Of a stretch of 64,000 nucleotides of DNA, positions 37,968 through 48,837 are shown piece by piece. The stretch is taken from assembly GCA_948907985.1 (NCBI GenBank), contig CAQWMM010000005.1, forward strand, positions 5 to 64,004, given 5' to 3'. Position numbers and translations under genes: made by a program. The stretch comes from an uncultured Bacillota bacterium (GTDB lineage: Bacteria; Bacillota; Dehalobacteriia; UBA4068; UBA4997). Positions within the stretch are counted from its first letter, which is position 1. Each line of letters starts with the position of its first letter. The notes beneath the pieces are model-generated. The model was not told the origin of the DNA, made no database searches, and saw nothing but the letters and a program-made list of their open reading frames with translations.

Positions 37968-39617
37968 ATGCTTGGCTTAAATAATTATGAACTTATTTTT
38001 ATTGGCGCGGCCTTGAGCTGGCTTTTCTATGTTCTTTATGCCGGCCGGCGGCTGGCCTATTATTTGCAGATGGCCCAGCAGACCGGCTACCGGCCGGAGC
38101 GCTACTGGCGCTGGCTGCGCCCGCGTTTTAACAGCGAACTTTTCTGGCTGGATTCGATTGCGGTGCTGGCCCTGCTGGCCTGTCAGCTTTGGTTGGGCGG
38201 TTGGCTGCTGCCCTGGCCGCAGATAACCGCCGATTGGCAGATTTATTTGCTGATTGCTCTGCCGCCGCTGCTGGCTTTGCTCTCGCTGCTGCTTTGGCGG
38301 CGGCCGCCAGTGAAAAAGCCGCTGGTTTGGACAGCGCGCGCCAAGCGCCTTTATGCGGCGGCCCTAATTCCCTGGGCGCTGCTGCTGGCGGTGCAGCCGC
38401 TTTGCGCTTTTCGGGTGGAGGTCGATTGTTACTGGGGTTTCTTAAACCCTGTGCTGGCCGGCAGCCTGCCCCTGCAAATGTGGCTGGCCGTTTTTTGGCG
38501 GCAGCCTTGGGAAGAGGCGCGCAACCGCAAATTTGTAGCCGAGGCCGCCCGGATTATCAAAGACGCGCCCAACCTGCTGCGTATCGGCATAACCGGCAGT
38601 TATGGCAAAACCAGCAGTAAAATGTTGGTGGGGCGGGTGCTTTCGGAAAGCAAATATACGCTGATTACGCCGGACAGCTATAACACGCCGATGGGGGTTA
38701 CGCTGACTATTCGCCAGCAGCTTAAACCGATTCATCAGGTTTTTGTGGCCGAGATGGGCGCGCGGCAGAGGGGCGATATTAAGGAACTCTGCGATTTGGT
38801 GCAGCCGGAAATTGGTATTTTGACTTCGATTGGGCCGCAGCATCTGGAAACCTTTGGCAATATTGAAACGGTGGCGGATACCAAATTTGAATTAATAGAT
38901 AGCCTGCCCGCTTACGGCCTGGCAATTTTGAATTTGGATGACCCGCTGATTGCCGAACGCCTGCCCAAAATTAAGGTGGCCTGCCGTACTTACGGCGTGG
39001 AGCGCCAGGACGCTGATTATACTGCCTCGGATATTAGTTTCTCGCCGCAGGGCATGGATTTTGTCCTGCATACCGCCGAGGGCGGCAGCCAGCCGATTCA
39101 CACCCGGCTGTTGGGGCGGCATAACATTGCTAATATTTTGGCGGCGGCGGCGGTGGGCGAATATCTGGGCCTGGGTTTAGCCGAGATTGCCCGGGCGGTG
39201 GCGCAGGCTCCGCCGGTGGAACACCGCCTGACGCTGAAACAGGCCGGCGGCTTTACGATTATCGACGATGCTTTTAATTCCAATCCACAGGGCAGCAAGG
39301 CGGCGGTGGACGTGCTGGCGGCTATGCCCGGCGGGCGTAAAATGATTATTACTCCCGGCATGGTGGAGCTGGGCAGCGAGCAGGAACGCCTTAATCAGGA
39401 GTTTGCCGCCTATTGCGCCCGAAAGCTGGATTATGTGCTGATTGTGGGGCAAAAGCAAAGCGCGCCGCTGTTGGCCGGCCTGCGCCAGGCGGGAATCTCG
39501 CCGGAGCGTTGGCGGGTGGCGGCTGATTTGGCCGAGGCCAGCGCGTTTATGCGCAGTTGGGTGCGGCCCGGCGATTATGTATTGTTTGAAAACGATCTGC
39601 CGGACAGCTACTTATAA
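37968..39617 (+). CDS. murF: MurF-like UDP-MurNAc-tripeptide:D-Ala-D-Ala ligase with about 190-aa polytopic N-terminal extension
   Basis: Mur ligase P-loop IGITGSYGKTSS at about residue 205; YNTPMGV, EMGA, DDAFNSNP MurF-like motifs. Residues 1-190 are four predicted hydrophobic helices. Immediately upstream of ddl. Confidence 0.7.
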   Translation: MLGLNNYELIFIGAALSWLFYVLYAGRRLAYYLQMAQQTGYRPERYWRWLRPRFNSELFWLDSIAVLALLACQLWLGGWLLPWPQITADWQIYLLIALPPLLALLSLLLWRRPPVKKPLVWTARAKRLYAAALIPWALLLAVQPLCAFRVEVDCYWGFLNPVLAGSLPLQMWLAVFWRQPWEEARNRKFVAEAARIIKDAPNLLRIGITGSYGKTSSKMLVGRVLSESKYTLITPDSYNTPMGVTLTIRQQLKPIHQVFVAEMGARQRGDIKELCDLVQPEIGILTSIGPQHLETFGNIETVADTKFELIDSLPAYGLAILNLDDPLIAERLPKIKVACRTYGVERQDADYTASDISFSPQGMDFVLHTAEGGSQPIHTRLLGRHNIANILAAAAVGEYLGLGLAEIARAVAQAPPVEHRLTLKQAGGFTIIDDAFNSNPQGSKAAVDVLAAMPGGRKMIITPGMVELGSEQERLNQEFAAYCARKLDYVLIVGQKQSAPLLAGLRQAGISPERWRVAADLAEASAFMRSWVRPGDYVLFENDLPDSYL

Positions 39618-39751
39618 AATTTTTTATTTGGCAGGAAAATTCAGACAAAAATTAAAATAATATTTACAAAGCGTATATATAATAGTAGAAACAATCAAAA
39701 AAGTATGCTGCCGGTAAAGTATACTGGCAGCAATATGGGGGAGTTTAAAGA

Positions 39752-40984
39752 ATGCAGAAAATCCGTTTGGGCGTGCTTTATGGTGGCCCCTCGGTGGAAC
39801 ACGAAATTTCAATAATCTCTGCCGTACAGGCTATGTCGGCGGCGCTGGAGGGCGCTAAATATGAAATAACCCCGGTTTATATCAGCAAGGACGGCCTTTG
39901 GTATACCGGCCAGGAGCTTTTGAATATGGCGGCTTATGCGGATTTGCCAAAGCTGCTGGGCAAATGCCAACAGGTGCATATGTTGGCCGACCGGGGGGCG
40001 CATAGGCTGGTGGCGCGGGGCAGGGGGCTCTTTGCCAAAACGCAGGAGATCTCTCTGGATGTGATTTTGCCGGTTATGCACGGCGCGCATGGCGAAGACG
40101 GCTGTTTGCAGGGTTTTTTGGAGCTGCTGAATATTCCTTATGCCGGGCCGGGCGTTTTGGCGGCGGCGGTGGGCATGGATAAAATTATGATGAAAAACGT
40201 TCTGGCGGCGAATAATCTGCCGGTGCTGCCGTCAATCTGGTTTACGGCGGACGAATGGTTTGCCGGCCGCGCGGCTAAATTGCAGGAGGCGGAACAAAAG
40301 CTGGGCTGGCCGATTATCGTTAAACCGGCCAATTTGGGCAGCAGCGTCGGTATCAGCCGCGCCGCTAATGCCGACGAACTGGCGGTGGCGTTGGACGAGG
40401 CCGCCGGTTTCAGTAATCGTTTGCTGTTGGAAACCTGCCTGACGGATTTGCGGGAGATCAACTGCTCGGTGTTGGGCTATGGCTCTAAAATCCGCGCCAG
40501 CGTTTGCGAGGAGCCGCTTACGGATAATGCTTTTTTGACTTATCAGGATAAATATTTGGCCGGCGGCAAGGGTTCTAAAGGCGCAAGCGGGGTTAAAGGG
40601 GCCAAAATTACCGGCGGTGTTAAGGGCAGCGGCGGCATGAGCGACGCCCGCCGCCAGGTGCCGGCTGATTTGCCGGCAGAGCAAACGGCGGAAATGCAGC
40701 GGCTGGCCTGCCAGGCTTTTACCGCCTTGGACGGTTGTGGCGTGGCGCGGGTGGATCTGCTGTTGGATAAAACCAGCGGCCGCAGCTATATTAATGAAAT
40801 CAACACGATTCCCGGTTCGCTTTCTTTTTATCTCTGGCAGGCCAGCGGTCTGGATTTTGCCGGGCTGATTGACGAACTGGTAGAATCCGCTCTGTGGCGG
40901 CAGCGCAGCAAGGCCAAGCTGACCTATTCTTATGATACCAATATTTTGGCCTCCTTTGCCGGCGGCAGCGGCTCAAAGGGGTGA
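39752..40984 (+). CDS. ddl: D-alanine--D-alanine ligase with Gly/Lys-rich insertion
   Basis: MQKIRLGVLYGGPSVEHEISIISA N-terminus and ATP-grasp fold. A 30-aa GGKGSKGASGVKGAKITGGVKGSGG segment sits between KY and RRQVPADL. Confidence 0.9.
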   Translation: MQKIRLGVLYGGPSVEHEISIISAVQAMSAALEGAKYEITPVYISKDGLWYTGQELLNMAAYADLPKLLGKCQQVHMLADRGAHRLVARGRGLFAKTQEISLDVILPVMHGAHGEDGCLQGFLELLNIPYAGPGVLAAAVGMDKIMMKNVLAANNLPVLPSIWFTADEWFAGRAAKLQEAEQKLGWPIIVKPANLGSSVGISRAANADELAVALDEAAGFSNRLLLETCLTDLREINCSVLGYGSKIRASVCEEPLTDNAFLTYQDKYLAGGKGSKGASGVKGAKITGGVKGSGGMSDARRQVPADLPAEQTAEMQRLACQAFTALDGCGVARVDLLLDKTSGRSYINEINTIPGSLSFYLWQASGLDFAGLIDELVESALWRQRSKAKLTYSYDTNILASFAGGSGSKG

Positions 40985-42123
40985 TGGCTTTGGCTTTAAG
41001 CCATTTGCTGGCCTTACACAGCCTGCCCGATATTGGCAGCGTGCGCCTGTCAGCCTTGCTGGATTATTTTGCGGGCGATGCGGAGGCGGCCTGGCAAAAT
41101 TTTGCCGAGTGGCCCAAGGCGCTGCAAGGTTTAATCCAGCCGTCTTTGCTGCCCAAACTGTCGGCTGATTGGCAGGCGGTGGAACCGGCGGCGCTCTATG
41201 AAAATTTTTTGCTTGCCGGCGCTAAGGTGGTAACCAGACCGGAGCCGCATTATCCCAGGCTTTTAGCCGAAATTAAAGACGCGCCTTATCTGTTGTTTTA
41301 CCGGGGCGATCTGCCTGAGCCGGAGGATTTGTGTATCGCGGTTATCGGCTCGCGCAAAGCCTCTGCCTACGGGCGGGAAGCGGCGCGCTTTATTGCCGGC
41401 GGCCTGGCCAGAGCCGGGGCCTGGGTGGTGGGCGGACTGGCCAGAGGTATTGACAGCATGGCCCATCAGGGGGCGCTGGACGGCGGCGGCAAGACAATCG
41501 GCGTTTTGGGCTGCGGTATTGATATTGTCTATCCCCGGGAAAATCGCCGGCTTTTTGCCGATGTTGCGCAAAGCGGCTGCATTATCAGCGAGTATCCGTT
41601 GGGTATGCAGCCTTTGGGCAAAAACTTCCCCATTCGCAACCGAATTGTCAGCGGTTTAAGCCAGGGGGTTATTGTGGTGGAATCCGGGCTGAAAAGCGGC
41701 ACCCAGATTACGGTGGGCTATGCTTTGGAGCAGAACCGCAATATTTACGCTGTGCCGGGCAGTATCTTCAGCCCAAACAGCCGGGGAACGCATAATTTAA
41801 TTCAGAAATACGGCGTTAAGCTGGTTGGCTCGGCGGACGACGTTCTGGAGGATTTTAGAGGCGGCACGGTTTGGCCGGCCGCTGGCGTTCAGCAAACGGC
41901 GGCGGCAAGTTATCAGCCAGCGCTTTTTGCCGCCCCGCCGCCGAACCTGACTGAACAGGAACGCCTGCTTTGGCAGGCCCTGGGCGAACAGCGGCATTTC
42001 AATGACTTGCTGGCGGCGCTTAATCTGAACGCTGCCGAATTGGGCGGGCTTTTGACCAGCTGTGAGTTGGACGGCTGGGTGGAACGTCTGGACGGACAAT
42101 ATTTTATTAGAAAAAATAGTTAA
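40984..42123 (+). CDS. dprA: DNA-processing protein DprA (Smf)
   Basis: Rossmann-like DprA core (IAVIGSRKAS..., GLARGIDS..H); 4-nt overlap with the ddl stop. Confidence 0.9.
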   Translation: MALALSHLLALHSLPDIGSVRLSALLDYFAGDAEAAWQNFAEWPKALQGLIQPSLLPKLSADWQAVEPAALYENFLLAGAKVVTRPEPHYPRLLAEIKDAPYLLFYRGDLPEPEDLCIAVIGSRKASAYGREAARFIAGGLARAGAWVVGGLARGIDSMAHQGALDGGGKTIGVLGCGIDIVYPRENRRLFADVAQSGCIISEYPLGMQPLGKNFPIRNRIVSGLSQGVIVVESGLKSGTQITVGYALEQNRNIYAVPGSIFSPNSRGTHNLIQKYGVKLVGSADDVLEDFRGGTVWPAAGVQQTAAASYQPALFAAPPPNLTEQERLLWQALGEQRHFNDLLAALNLNAAELGGLLTSCELDGWVERLDGQYFIRKNS

Positions 42124-42146
42124 ATTTGGGGTGTTTAATATCAATC

Positions 42147-44318
42147 ATGGGAAAAACGCTGATTATTGTTGAATCGCCGACAAAGGCCAAAACGATTGGC
42201 AAATATCTGGGCGCAAATTATACGGTTCTTTCTTCAATGGGCCATGTTCGCGACTTGCCTAAAAGCAGCCTGGGCGTTGATGTGGAGAGCGAGTTTGAGC
42301 CGCATTATATCACGATTCGCGGCAAGGGCGATATTTTGAAAAATCTGCGCAGCGAGGCCAAAAAGGCCGACCGCGTGCTGCTGGCCAGCGACCCTGATCG
42401 TGAGGGCGAGATGATCGCCTTTCATCTCAAGGGCTATTTGGATAATGTTGATGAAAAATGTCGGGTGGAGTTCCATGAAATCACCAAAGATGCGGTGAAA
42501 AAAGCGGTGAAGGCCCCCCACGAACTGGATATGGACAGAATTTACGCCCAGCAGGCGCGGCGGATTTTGGACCGTCTGGTGGGCTATAAGCTCTCCCCCC
42601 TGCTGTGGGTTAAAGTGAAAAAAGGGCTTTCCGCCGGGCGGGTGCAGTCGGTAGCGGTGCGGATGATCTGCGACCGCGAGGCGGAAATTAACGCTTTTGT
42701 GCCGGAGGAGTACTGGACGCTGGGCCTTAGCCTGCAAACCGGCGGCGGCCCGCTTAACGCGCAGCTGGCGCGAATTGACGATAAACCGGCGCATATCCCG
42801 GATCAGCAGACGGTTGAGCGGATTATGGCGGAGAGCCGCCGGGAACCGTATCGTATTGCTAAAATTACCAAAAAGGAGCGCAAGCGCAACCCGGTTGCGC
42901 CCTTTACCACCAGCAGCATGCAGCAGGAAGCTTATCGCAAGCATGGTCTGCTGACGAAAAAAACCATGCAGATAGCGCAGCAGCTTTTTGAGGGTATCAG
43001 CTTGGGCAAGCAGGGCGTGGTGGGCTTAATTACCTATATGCGTACCGATTCAACCCGCATTGCGCCGGAAGTGCAGCAGGCTGCCCGCGAATTTATCGTC
43101 AGCCAGTACGGTGAGGATTATGTGCCGGAAAAGCCGCGTGTTTTCCAGAGCAAGGGCAAAATTCAGGACGCGCACGAGGCTATCCGCCCTACCGACGTCA
43201 GCCGGCGGCCGGCGGATATTCGCCAGTTTTTAACCCCCCAGCAATATAAACTTTATAAACTGATTTGGGAGCGTTTTGTGGCCAGCCAGATGGCCTCGGC
43301 GGTTATCGATACCACCACGGTGGATATAGCTAACGGGCGCTACACTTTTCGTGCCAATGGTTCGGTGATTCATTTCCCGGGTTTTATGCAGCTTTATATA
43401 GAGGGCCGGGACGACGTCGAGGACAAGGATGGCGGCGAGCGCGACGAACTGGGCCTGCTGCCGGAGGTGGCCGAGGGGCAGCAGCTGGCGGCGGAAAAGC
43501 TGGAGCCAAAGCAGCATTTTACTGCGCCGCCCCCGCGTTATACCGAAGCCATGCTGGTTAAGACGCTGGAAGAAAAGGGTATTGGCCGCCCCAGTACCTA
43601 TGCGCCGATTGTGGATACCATTTTGGGGCGCGGTTATGTGGTGCGGGAGGAGAAACATTTTTATTCTACCGAGCTGGGCATGGTGGTGGTTAACCTGCTT
43701 AAGGAGGGTTTCCCGGACATCATTGATATTGGTTTCACAGCTGGCCTGGAGGAGCGGCTGGACGATGTGGAGGAGGGCAAGCGCAACTGGCGGCAGACGG
43801 TCAGCGAGTTTTATCAGCCCTTTGCCGAAGAACTGGCCAAGGCCGAGGCCGAACTGGAAAAGGTGGATCTGGAGCCGGAATACAGCGGCGAAAACTGTGA
43901 GCTTTGCGGCAAGCCGATGATTTATAAGCTGGGCAGGTATGGCAAGTTTCTGGCTTGTTCCGGTTTCCCGGAATGCCGCAACACCAAGCCGATTGTGATT
44001 AGCGCCGGGGTAAAGTGCCTGGCCTGCGGCGGCGAGATTATCCAGCGCAAAAGCCGGGGCGGGCGCGTGTTCTACGGTTGCAGCAACTATCCGCAGTGCA
44101 AATTTGTTTCCTGGGATAAGCCGATTGAGGAGGCCTGCCCGGAGTGCGGCAAGCAGCTGGCCGAGCGGACGCTCCATTCCGGTCAGACGCAAAAGGTCTG
44201 CCCTAATGCTGATTGCCCCAGCAACGCTAACAAGAAAAAACGCAAAAAGGCCTCGGCTGACGTGTCGATGCAGAAAGCGGCGCAGCAGGCGGCCAAAAAG
44301 ATAAAGAAAGAAAGCTAG
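42147..44318 (+). CDS. topA: DNA topoisomerase I with C-terminal zinc ribbons and Lys-rich tail
   Basis: MGKTLIIVESPTKAKTIGKYLG Toprim N-terminus; C-terminal CELCGKPM, CLACGGE, CPECG zinc-ribbon motifs. Confidence 0.95.
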   Translation: MGKTLIIVESPTKAKTIGKYLGANYTVLSSMGHVRDLPKSSLGVDVESEFEPHYITIRGKGDILKNLRSEAKKADRVLLASDPDREGEMIAFHLKGYLDNVDEKCRVEFHEITKDAVKKAVKAPHELDMDRIYAQQARRILDRLVGYKLSPLLWVKVKKGLSAGRVQSVAVRMICDREAEINAFVPEEYWTLGLSLQTGGGPLNAQLARIDDKPAHIPDQQTVERIMAESRREPYRIAKITKKERKRNPVAPFTTSSMQQEAYRKHGLLTKKTMQIAQQLFEGISLGKQGVVGLITYMRTDSTRIAPEVQQAAREFIVSQYGEDYVPEKPRVFQSKGKIQDAHEAIRPTDVSRRPADIRQFLTPQQYKLYKLIWERFVASQMASAVIDTTTVDIANGRYTFRANGSVIHFPGFMQLYIEGRDDVEDKDGGERDELGLLPEVAEGQQLAAEKLEPKQHFTAPPPRYTEAMLVKTLEEKGIGRPSTYAPIVDTILGRGYVVREEKHFYSTELGMVVVNLLKEGFPDIIDIGFTAGLEERLDDVEEGKRNWRQTVSEFYQPFAEELAKAEAELEKVDLEPEYSGENCELCGKPMIYKLGRYGKFLACSGFPECRNTKPIVISAGVKCLACGGEIIQRKSRGGRVFYGCSNYPQCKFVSWDKPIEEACPECGKQLAERTLHSGQTQKVCPNADCPSNANKKKRKKASADVSMQKAAQQAAKKIKKES

Positions 44319-44334
44319 TTAGAGAAATAATTAT

Positions 44335-45675
44335 ATGAGAGAAATTAAAATTGTCGGCGCCGGCCTGGCCGGGGCCGAGGCGGCCTGGCAGGCCGCTAAT
44401 GCCGGCTGCCGGGTTCAGCTTTATGAGATGCGCCCCAAGCGGCGTTCTCCGGCGCACCAAACCGCTTATTTTGCCGAACTGGTTTGCAGTAATTCTCTGC
44501 GGGCCGCCGGGCTTGGCAATGCGGTTGGGCTGCTTAAAGAAGAAATGCGGCGGCAGGATTCTTTAATCATGGCCTGCGCCGACGCTTGCCGGGTGCCGGC
44601 GGGCGGCGCTTTGGCAGTGGACAGAACCGTCTTTGGCCAGCTGGTTACAGAAAAAATTCTGGCGCACCCCGCGATTGAGGTACGTTATGCCGAGGTGGAA
44701 AGTCTTGAGCCATTGCTGGCTGACGACAGTCTGGTGATTGTGGCGGCCGGTCCCTTGCTGGAAGGCGCTTTGGCCGAGGATCTGCGGCGGCGTTTTGGTG
44801 CGGAGCAGGGCGACTATCTGCATTTTCATGACGCGGTGGCTCCGATTGTGGACGGCGCTACCATTGATATGGACAAGGTCTACTGGGCGTCGCGCTATGA
44901 TAAAGGGGTTGCGCCGGGCGAGCGGGGCGATTATCTGAACTGCCCGCTGGACAAGCAGCAATATGAGCGCTTTTATCAGGAGTTGTTGACGGCGGAGCGG
45001 GCGCCGCTGCACGCCTTTGAGCAGGAAAAGGATTTTGAGGGCTGCATGCCTATTGAAAGTATGGCGCGCCGGGGACAGGATACAATCCGGTTTGGCCCGC
45101 TGAAGCCGGTGGGCCTGCCTGATCCTCATGCCGGCGGCCGGGAGCCTTACGCGGTGGTGCAGCTTAGGCAGGATAACGCAGCGGCCACCATGTTTAATCT
45201 GGTGGGTTTCCAAACCAGACTGACCTGGGGCGAGCAAAAGCGGGTGTTTCGGCTGATTCCCGGCCTGGAGCAGGCGGAATTTCTGCGTTTTGGTGTGATG
45301 CACCGCAACAGCTTTATTAATTCGCCGCGCCTGCTTAAGCCGGAGCTTTGCCTGAAGACCGACGAGCGGATTTATTTTGCCGGCCAGCTAACCGGGGTGG
45401 AGGGTTATGTGGAAAGCGCGGCCTGCGGGCTGGCCGCCGGGCGCAACGCCGCCCGCGCCGCTTTGGGGCTGCCGCCGCTTTGCTGGAGTCGCCAAACCGC
45501 GCTGGGCGGGCTTTTGGGCTGGCTGCAAACGCCTAACGCCAATTTTCAGCCGATGAACGTAACTTTTGGCCTGATTGAGCCTTTGGGTTATAAGGTACGC
45601 GGCAAACAGAATAAAAACCTGCAAATTGCCCAGCGCGCTTTAGCCGCTCTGGCGGAAATGTATGAGCAGAAATAA
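44335..45675 (+). CDS. trmFO: Methylenetetrahydrofolate--tRNA-(uracil54-C5)-methyltransferase TrmFO
   Basis: IKIVGAGLAGAEAAWQAA FAD motif; TrmFO/Gid length (446 aa); synteny topA-trmFO-hslVU. Confidence 0.9.
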   Translation: MREIKIVGAGLAGAEAAWQAANAGCRVQLYEMRPKRRSPAHQTAYFAELVCSNSLRAAGLGNAVGLLKEEMRRQDSLIMACADACRVPAGGALAVDRTVFGQLVTEKILAHPAIEVRYAEVESLEPLLADDSLVIVAAGPLLEGALAEDLRRRFGAEQGDYLHFHDAVAPIVDGATIDMDKVYWASRYDKGVAPGERGDYLNCPLDKQQYERFYQELLTAERAPLHAFEQEKDFEGCMPIESMARRGQDTIRFGPLKPVGLPDPHAGGREPYAVVQLRQDNAAATMFNLVGFQTRLTWGEQKRVFRLIPGLEQAEFLRFGVMHRNSFINSPRLLKPELCLKTDERIYFAGQLTGVEGYVESAACGLAAGRNAARAALGLPPLCWSRQTALGGLLGWLQTPNANFQPMNVTFGLIEPLGYKVRGKQNKNLQIAQRALAALAEMYEQK

Positions 45676-45769
45676 AAAGTTTAGTATTTAGCTAAGAAAT
45701 TAATATTTAATATGAAAAAACACTGGCTTATTATGGAAATTAGTGTATAATATAAGGAGGAATTGCTGA

Positions 45770-46306
45770 ATGGTAGAAATTAGAGGCACAACAATCTGCG
45801 GCGTTAAACGCAACGGCAAGGTGGCCATTGCCGGCGACGGGCAGGTTACCATGGGGCAGAGTATCGTAATGAAAAACACCGCGCGCAAGGTGCGCCGCCT
45901 GTATAAAAACCAGGTGGTGGTGGGCTTTGCCGGGGCGGTGGCCGACGCTTTTACGCTTTGCGAAAAATTTGAGGGCTATCTTGAGGAGTATAACGGCAAC
46001 TTAACCCGCGCGGCGGTTTCGCTGGCCAAGGAATGGCGCACCAACAAAGTTCTGCGCAATTTGGAGGCCCTGATGGTAGTGGCATCCGGCCAGGACATGC
46101 TGATTATTTCCGGCAACGGCGAGGTTATTGAGCCGGACGACGGCGTGGCGGCCATTGGCTCCGGCGGGCCTTACGCTCTGGCGGCGGCCAGAGCTATGTT
46201 GGCCAACACCGAGCTTTCGGCTGTTGATATTGCTTATAAGGCCATTGATATTGCCTCGGATATTTGTATTTTTACCAACAAAAACATTATTGTGGAGGAG
46301 GCTTAA
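45770..46306 (+). CDS. hslV: ATP-dependent protease subunit HslV
   Basis: [16 protein letters not shown] with Thr N-terminal nucleophile context; 178 aa. Confidence 0.95.
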   Translation: MVEIRGTTICGVKRNGKVAIAGDGQVTMGQSIVMKNTARKVRRLYKNQVVVGFAGAVADAFTLCEKFEGYLEEYNGNLTRAAVSLAKEWRTNKVLRNLEALMVVASGQDMLIISGNGEVIEPDDGVAAIGSGGPYALAAARAMLANTELSAVDIAYKAIDIASDICIFTNKNIIVEEA

Positions 46307-46345
46307 TCATTTAAGCCTGATTTTCAGTTGAAGGAGGCTGCGAAT

Positions 46346-47728
46346 ATGCAAGAACTGACGCCGCGACAAATTGTGGCAGAATTGGATAAATATATTATCG
46401 GCCAGCTGGACGCCAAAAAAAGCGTGGCCGTTGCACTGCGCAACCGTTATCGCCGCAAATGCCTGGGGGCGGGGATTCAGGACGAGATTATGCCCAAAAA
46501 TATCATTATGATTGGGCCGACGGGCGTTGGCAAAACCGAGATCGCCCGGCGTTTGGCCAGACTGGTGAGCGCGCCTTTTATTAAGGTGGAAGCTACAAAA
46601 TATACGGAAATTGGCTATGTTGGCCGTGATGTTGAGGGGATTATCCGCGATTTGACAGAAACTGCCGTGCGAATGGTTAAGGCAGAGCAAATGGAGCAGG
46701 TGCGCCCCAAGGGCGAAGCCGCTGCAGAAGAGCGCTTGGTGGAACTTCTGGCCCCAACCAAGCGGGAGAAAAAGCCCAAAAATCCGATGGAGATTTTCTT
46801 CGGCGGCGGCAACAGCGACGACAAACCCAGCGACGAAGAACGCCAGTTTATGGAGGATAACAAAAACCTGCGCGAACAGGTTCGGCGAATGTTGGCGCTG
46901 GGCGAGCTGGAAGACAATCTGGTGGAGATTGAGGTTGAGGAGCAAAACAGCTATCCGGTTTCGGCCAGCATGGAAGAAATGGGGCTGAACTTTCAGGATA
47001 TGTTGGGCAGCATTATTCCTAAAAAAACCTATAAACGCCAGTTGACCGTCAGCGAGGCGCGCAAGATTTTGATTCAGGAGGAAAGCGCCAAGCTGCTGGA
47101 TATGGACGACGTCAAGGCTAAGGCCATAGAGCGGGCCGAGCAAAGCGGCATTGTGTTTATTGATGAGATTGATAAAATTGCCGGGCGTGGCAGCAACAGC
47201 ACCGCCGACGTGGCGCGTGACGGCGTGCAGCGCGATATTCTGCCTATTGTGGAGGGCAGCACGGTAATGACTAAATATGGCCAGGTTAAAACCGATTACA
47301 TTTTGTTTATTGCCGCCGGGGCCTTTTCAATGAGCAAGCCCTCCGATCTGATCCCGGAATTGCAGGGGCGTTTCCCGATCCGGGTGGAACTGGAAAGTCT
47401 GACGGAGGAAGATTTTAAACGGATTTTGCTGGAGCCGCAGAACTCGCTGGTTAAACAATATGAGGCGCTTTTGCAGGCCGATGGCGTGGAGGTTTGTTTT
47501 ACGGAAGACGGCATTGAGGCTTTGGCGCGGATTTCTTATCAGGTGAACGCCACAACCGAAAATATCGGCGCGCGCCGGCTGCATACAGTACTGGAAAAGG
47601 TGCTGGAGGAGCTGTTGTTTATTGCGCCGGATGCTTCGCTTAGCCGGGTGATTATTGACCGGGAATATGTTGAGAGTAAGTTGGCGGCTCTTGCCGATAA
47701 CGAGGATATGAGCAGGTTTATTTTATAG
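46346..47728 (+). CDS. hslU: ATP-dependent protease ATPase subunit HslU
   Basis: [20 protein letters not shown]; [18 protein letters not shown] Walker A; [11 protein letters not shown] Walker B. Confidence 0.95.
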   Translation: MQELTPRQIVAELDKYIIGQLDAKKSVAVALRNRYRRKCLGAGIQDEIMPKNIIMIGPTGVGKTEIARRLARLVSAPFIKVEATKYTEIGYVGRDVEGIIRDLTETAVRMVKAEQMEQVRPKGEAAAEERLVELLAPTKREKKPKNPMEIFFGGGNSDDKPSDEERQFMEDNKNLREQVRRMLALGELEDNLVEIEVEEQNSYPVSASMEEMGLNFQDMLGSIIPKKTYKRQLTVSEARKILIQEESAKLLDMDDVKAKAIERAEQSGIVFIDEIDKIAGRGSNSTADVARDGVQRDILPIVEGSTVMTKYGQVKTDYILFIAAGAFSMSKPSDLIPELQGRFPIRVELESLTEEDFKRILLEPQNSLVKQYEALLQADGVEVCFTEDGIEALARISYQVNATTENIGARRLHTVLEKVLEELLFIAPDASLSRVIIDREYVESKLAALADNEDMSRFIL

Positions 47729-47882
47729 TTTTTCAGTTCGCTGGCGGCACAGCTGCTTGGTTGTTTTCTTATTCAGTTCGTTGGCGTATTACAGTACGCC
47801 TGCCGCGTACTCATAAGTTGACTTCGCGCAGCCATACCACTATCGAATGGAAACAATTTTTGATAAATGGAGGATGAACGAA

Positions 47883-48611
47883 ATGAAAAAATTAGTTTTA
47901 TTAGTGATGGGATTGCTGTTGGTGGGCTCTTTAGCGGCTTGCTCCGGGGATAACAATAACAGTCAGCCAGCCAACAACAATCAGCAGAATCAACAGCAAA
48001 ACCAGCAGCAGGTTGAGCAGAACCAAAACGACGCACAGACGGTTGGCTGGAAAGAGGCGGCTAATCTGGAGATTGAGGCCGGCAAAGCCGATGGCGTAAC
48101 CCTGGATATTGCTGAATTGCAGGCCGATCCGGAGAACACCGTTCTGGCTGACTGCGACGCTGATGTTCAGGCCAAGGTGGCCGCTTGGCTTAACCAGCTG
48201 GGCGAGGGCGAAACCCTGTATGTTAAGGCTTATGTTCTGGATACGGATAATTATCTGAACGTGGTACTGACGCAGTCGGTCGGCCCCAATTATGGCAGCG
48301 ACGGCGATGTATATTCTTATGTTTATGATAAAACAACCAAAACGACCATGGACACAGAGTATGCCAAGGCCTGGAAAGCTTTGACTGATGAAACCATTAT
48401 TGAGGCGATCAAGGCTACCCTGGAAGAAAACCAGAAATGGCGCAGTTTCAATGTGGACGCTTTCTTTGTGGATACCGATAACGAGCCGGTTTATTTGCTG
48501 AGCGCCAAAATCGGCCAGGAGGGCGCTGACGACTGGACGTATCTTTATGTGCTGAAAAATGGTGTGATTTTGGGCAATCTGTCCGGTTATATGGAAGAAA
48601 AAGTTCAATAA
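47883..48611 (+). CDS. Lipoprotein with Asn/Gln-rich linker, unknown function
   Basis: MKKLVLLVMGLLLVGSLAACSG lipobox, then NNNSQPANNNQQNQQQNQQQ. Confidence 0.6.
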   Translation: MKKLVLLVMGLLLVGSLAACSGDNNNSQPANNNQQNQQQNQQQVEQNQNDAQTVGWKEAANLEIEAGKADGVTLDIAELQADPENTVLADCDADVQAKVAAWLNQLGEGETLYVKAYVLDTDNYLNVVLTQSVGPNYGSDGDVYSYVYDKTTKTTMDTEYAKAWKALTDETIIEAIKATLEENQKWRSFNVDAFFVDTDNEPVYLLSAKIGQEGADDWTYLYVLKNGVILGNLSGYMEEKVQ

Positions 48612-48837
48612 AAAAATCTGCTGCAATAAACTTTTAAAAACTTCTAAAAAATAGCTGCATTGTGGGCATTTTATGAAAAAAATGCTTGCAGTGCGGCTTT
48701 TTTTGTGCTAAAATATAGAACGTATGATAAAACACACGACGGCGGATTGGTTTCGCGCGTGTTTTGCCACCGCAGGCGGTGCAAAATGTGGGGCTTTAGA
48801 GGCTGTCGGAGGTGTAACAAAAAGGAGGAATTTTATT

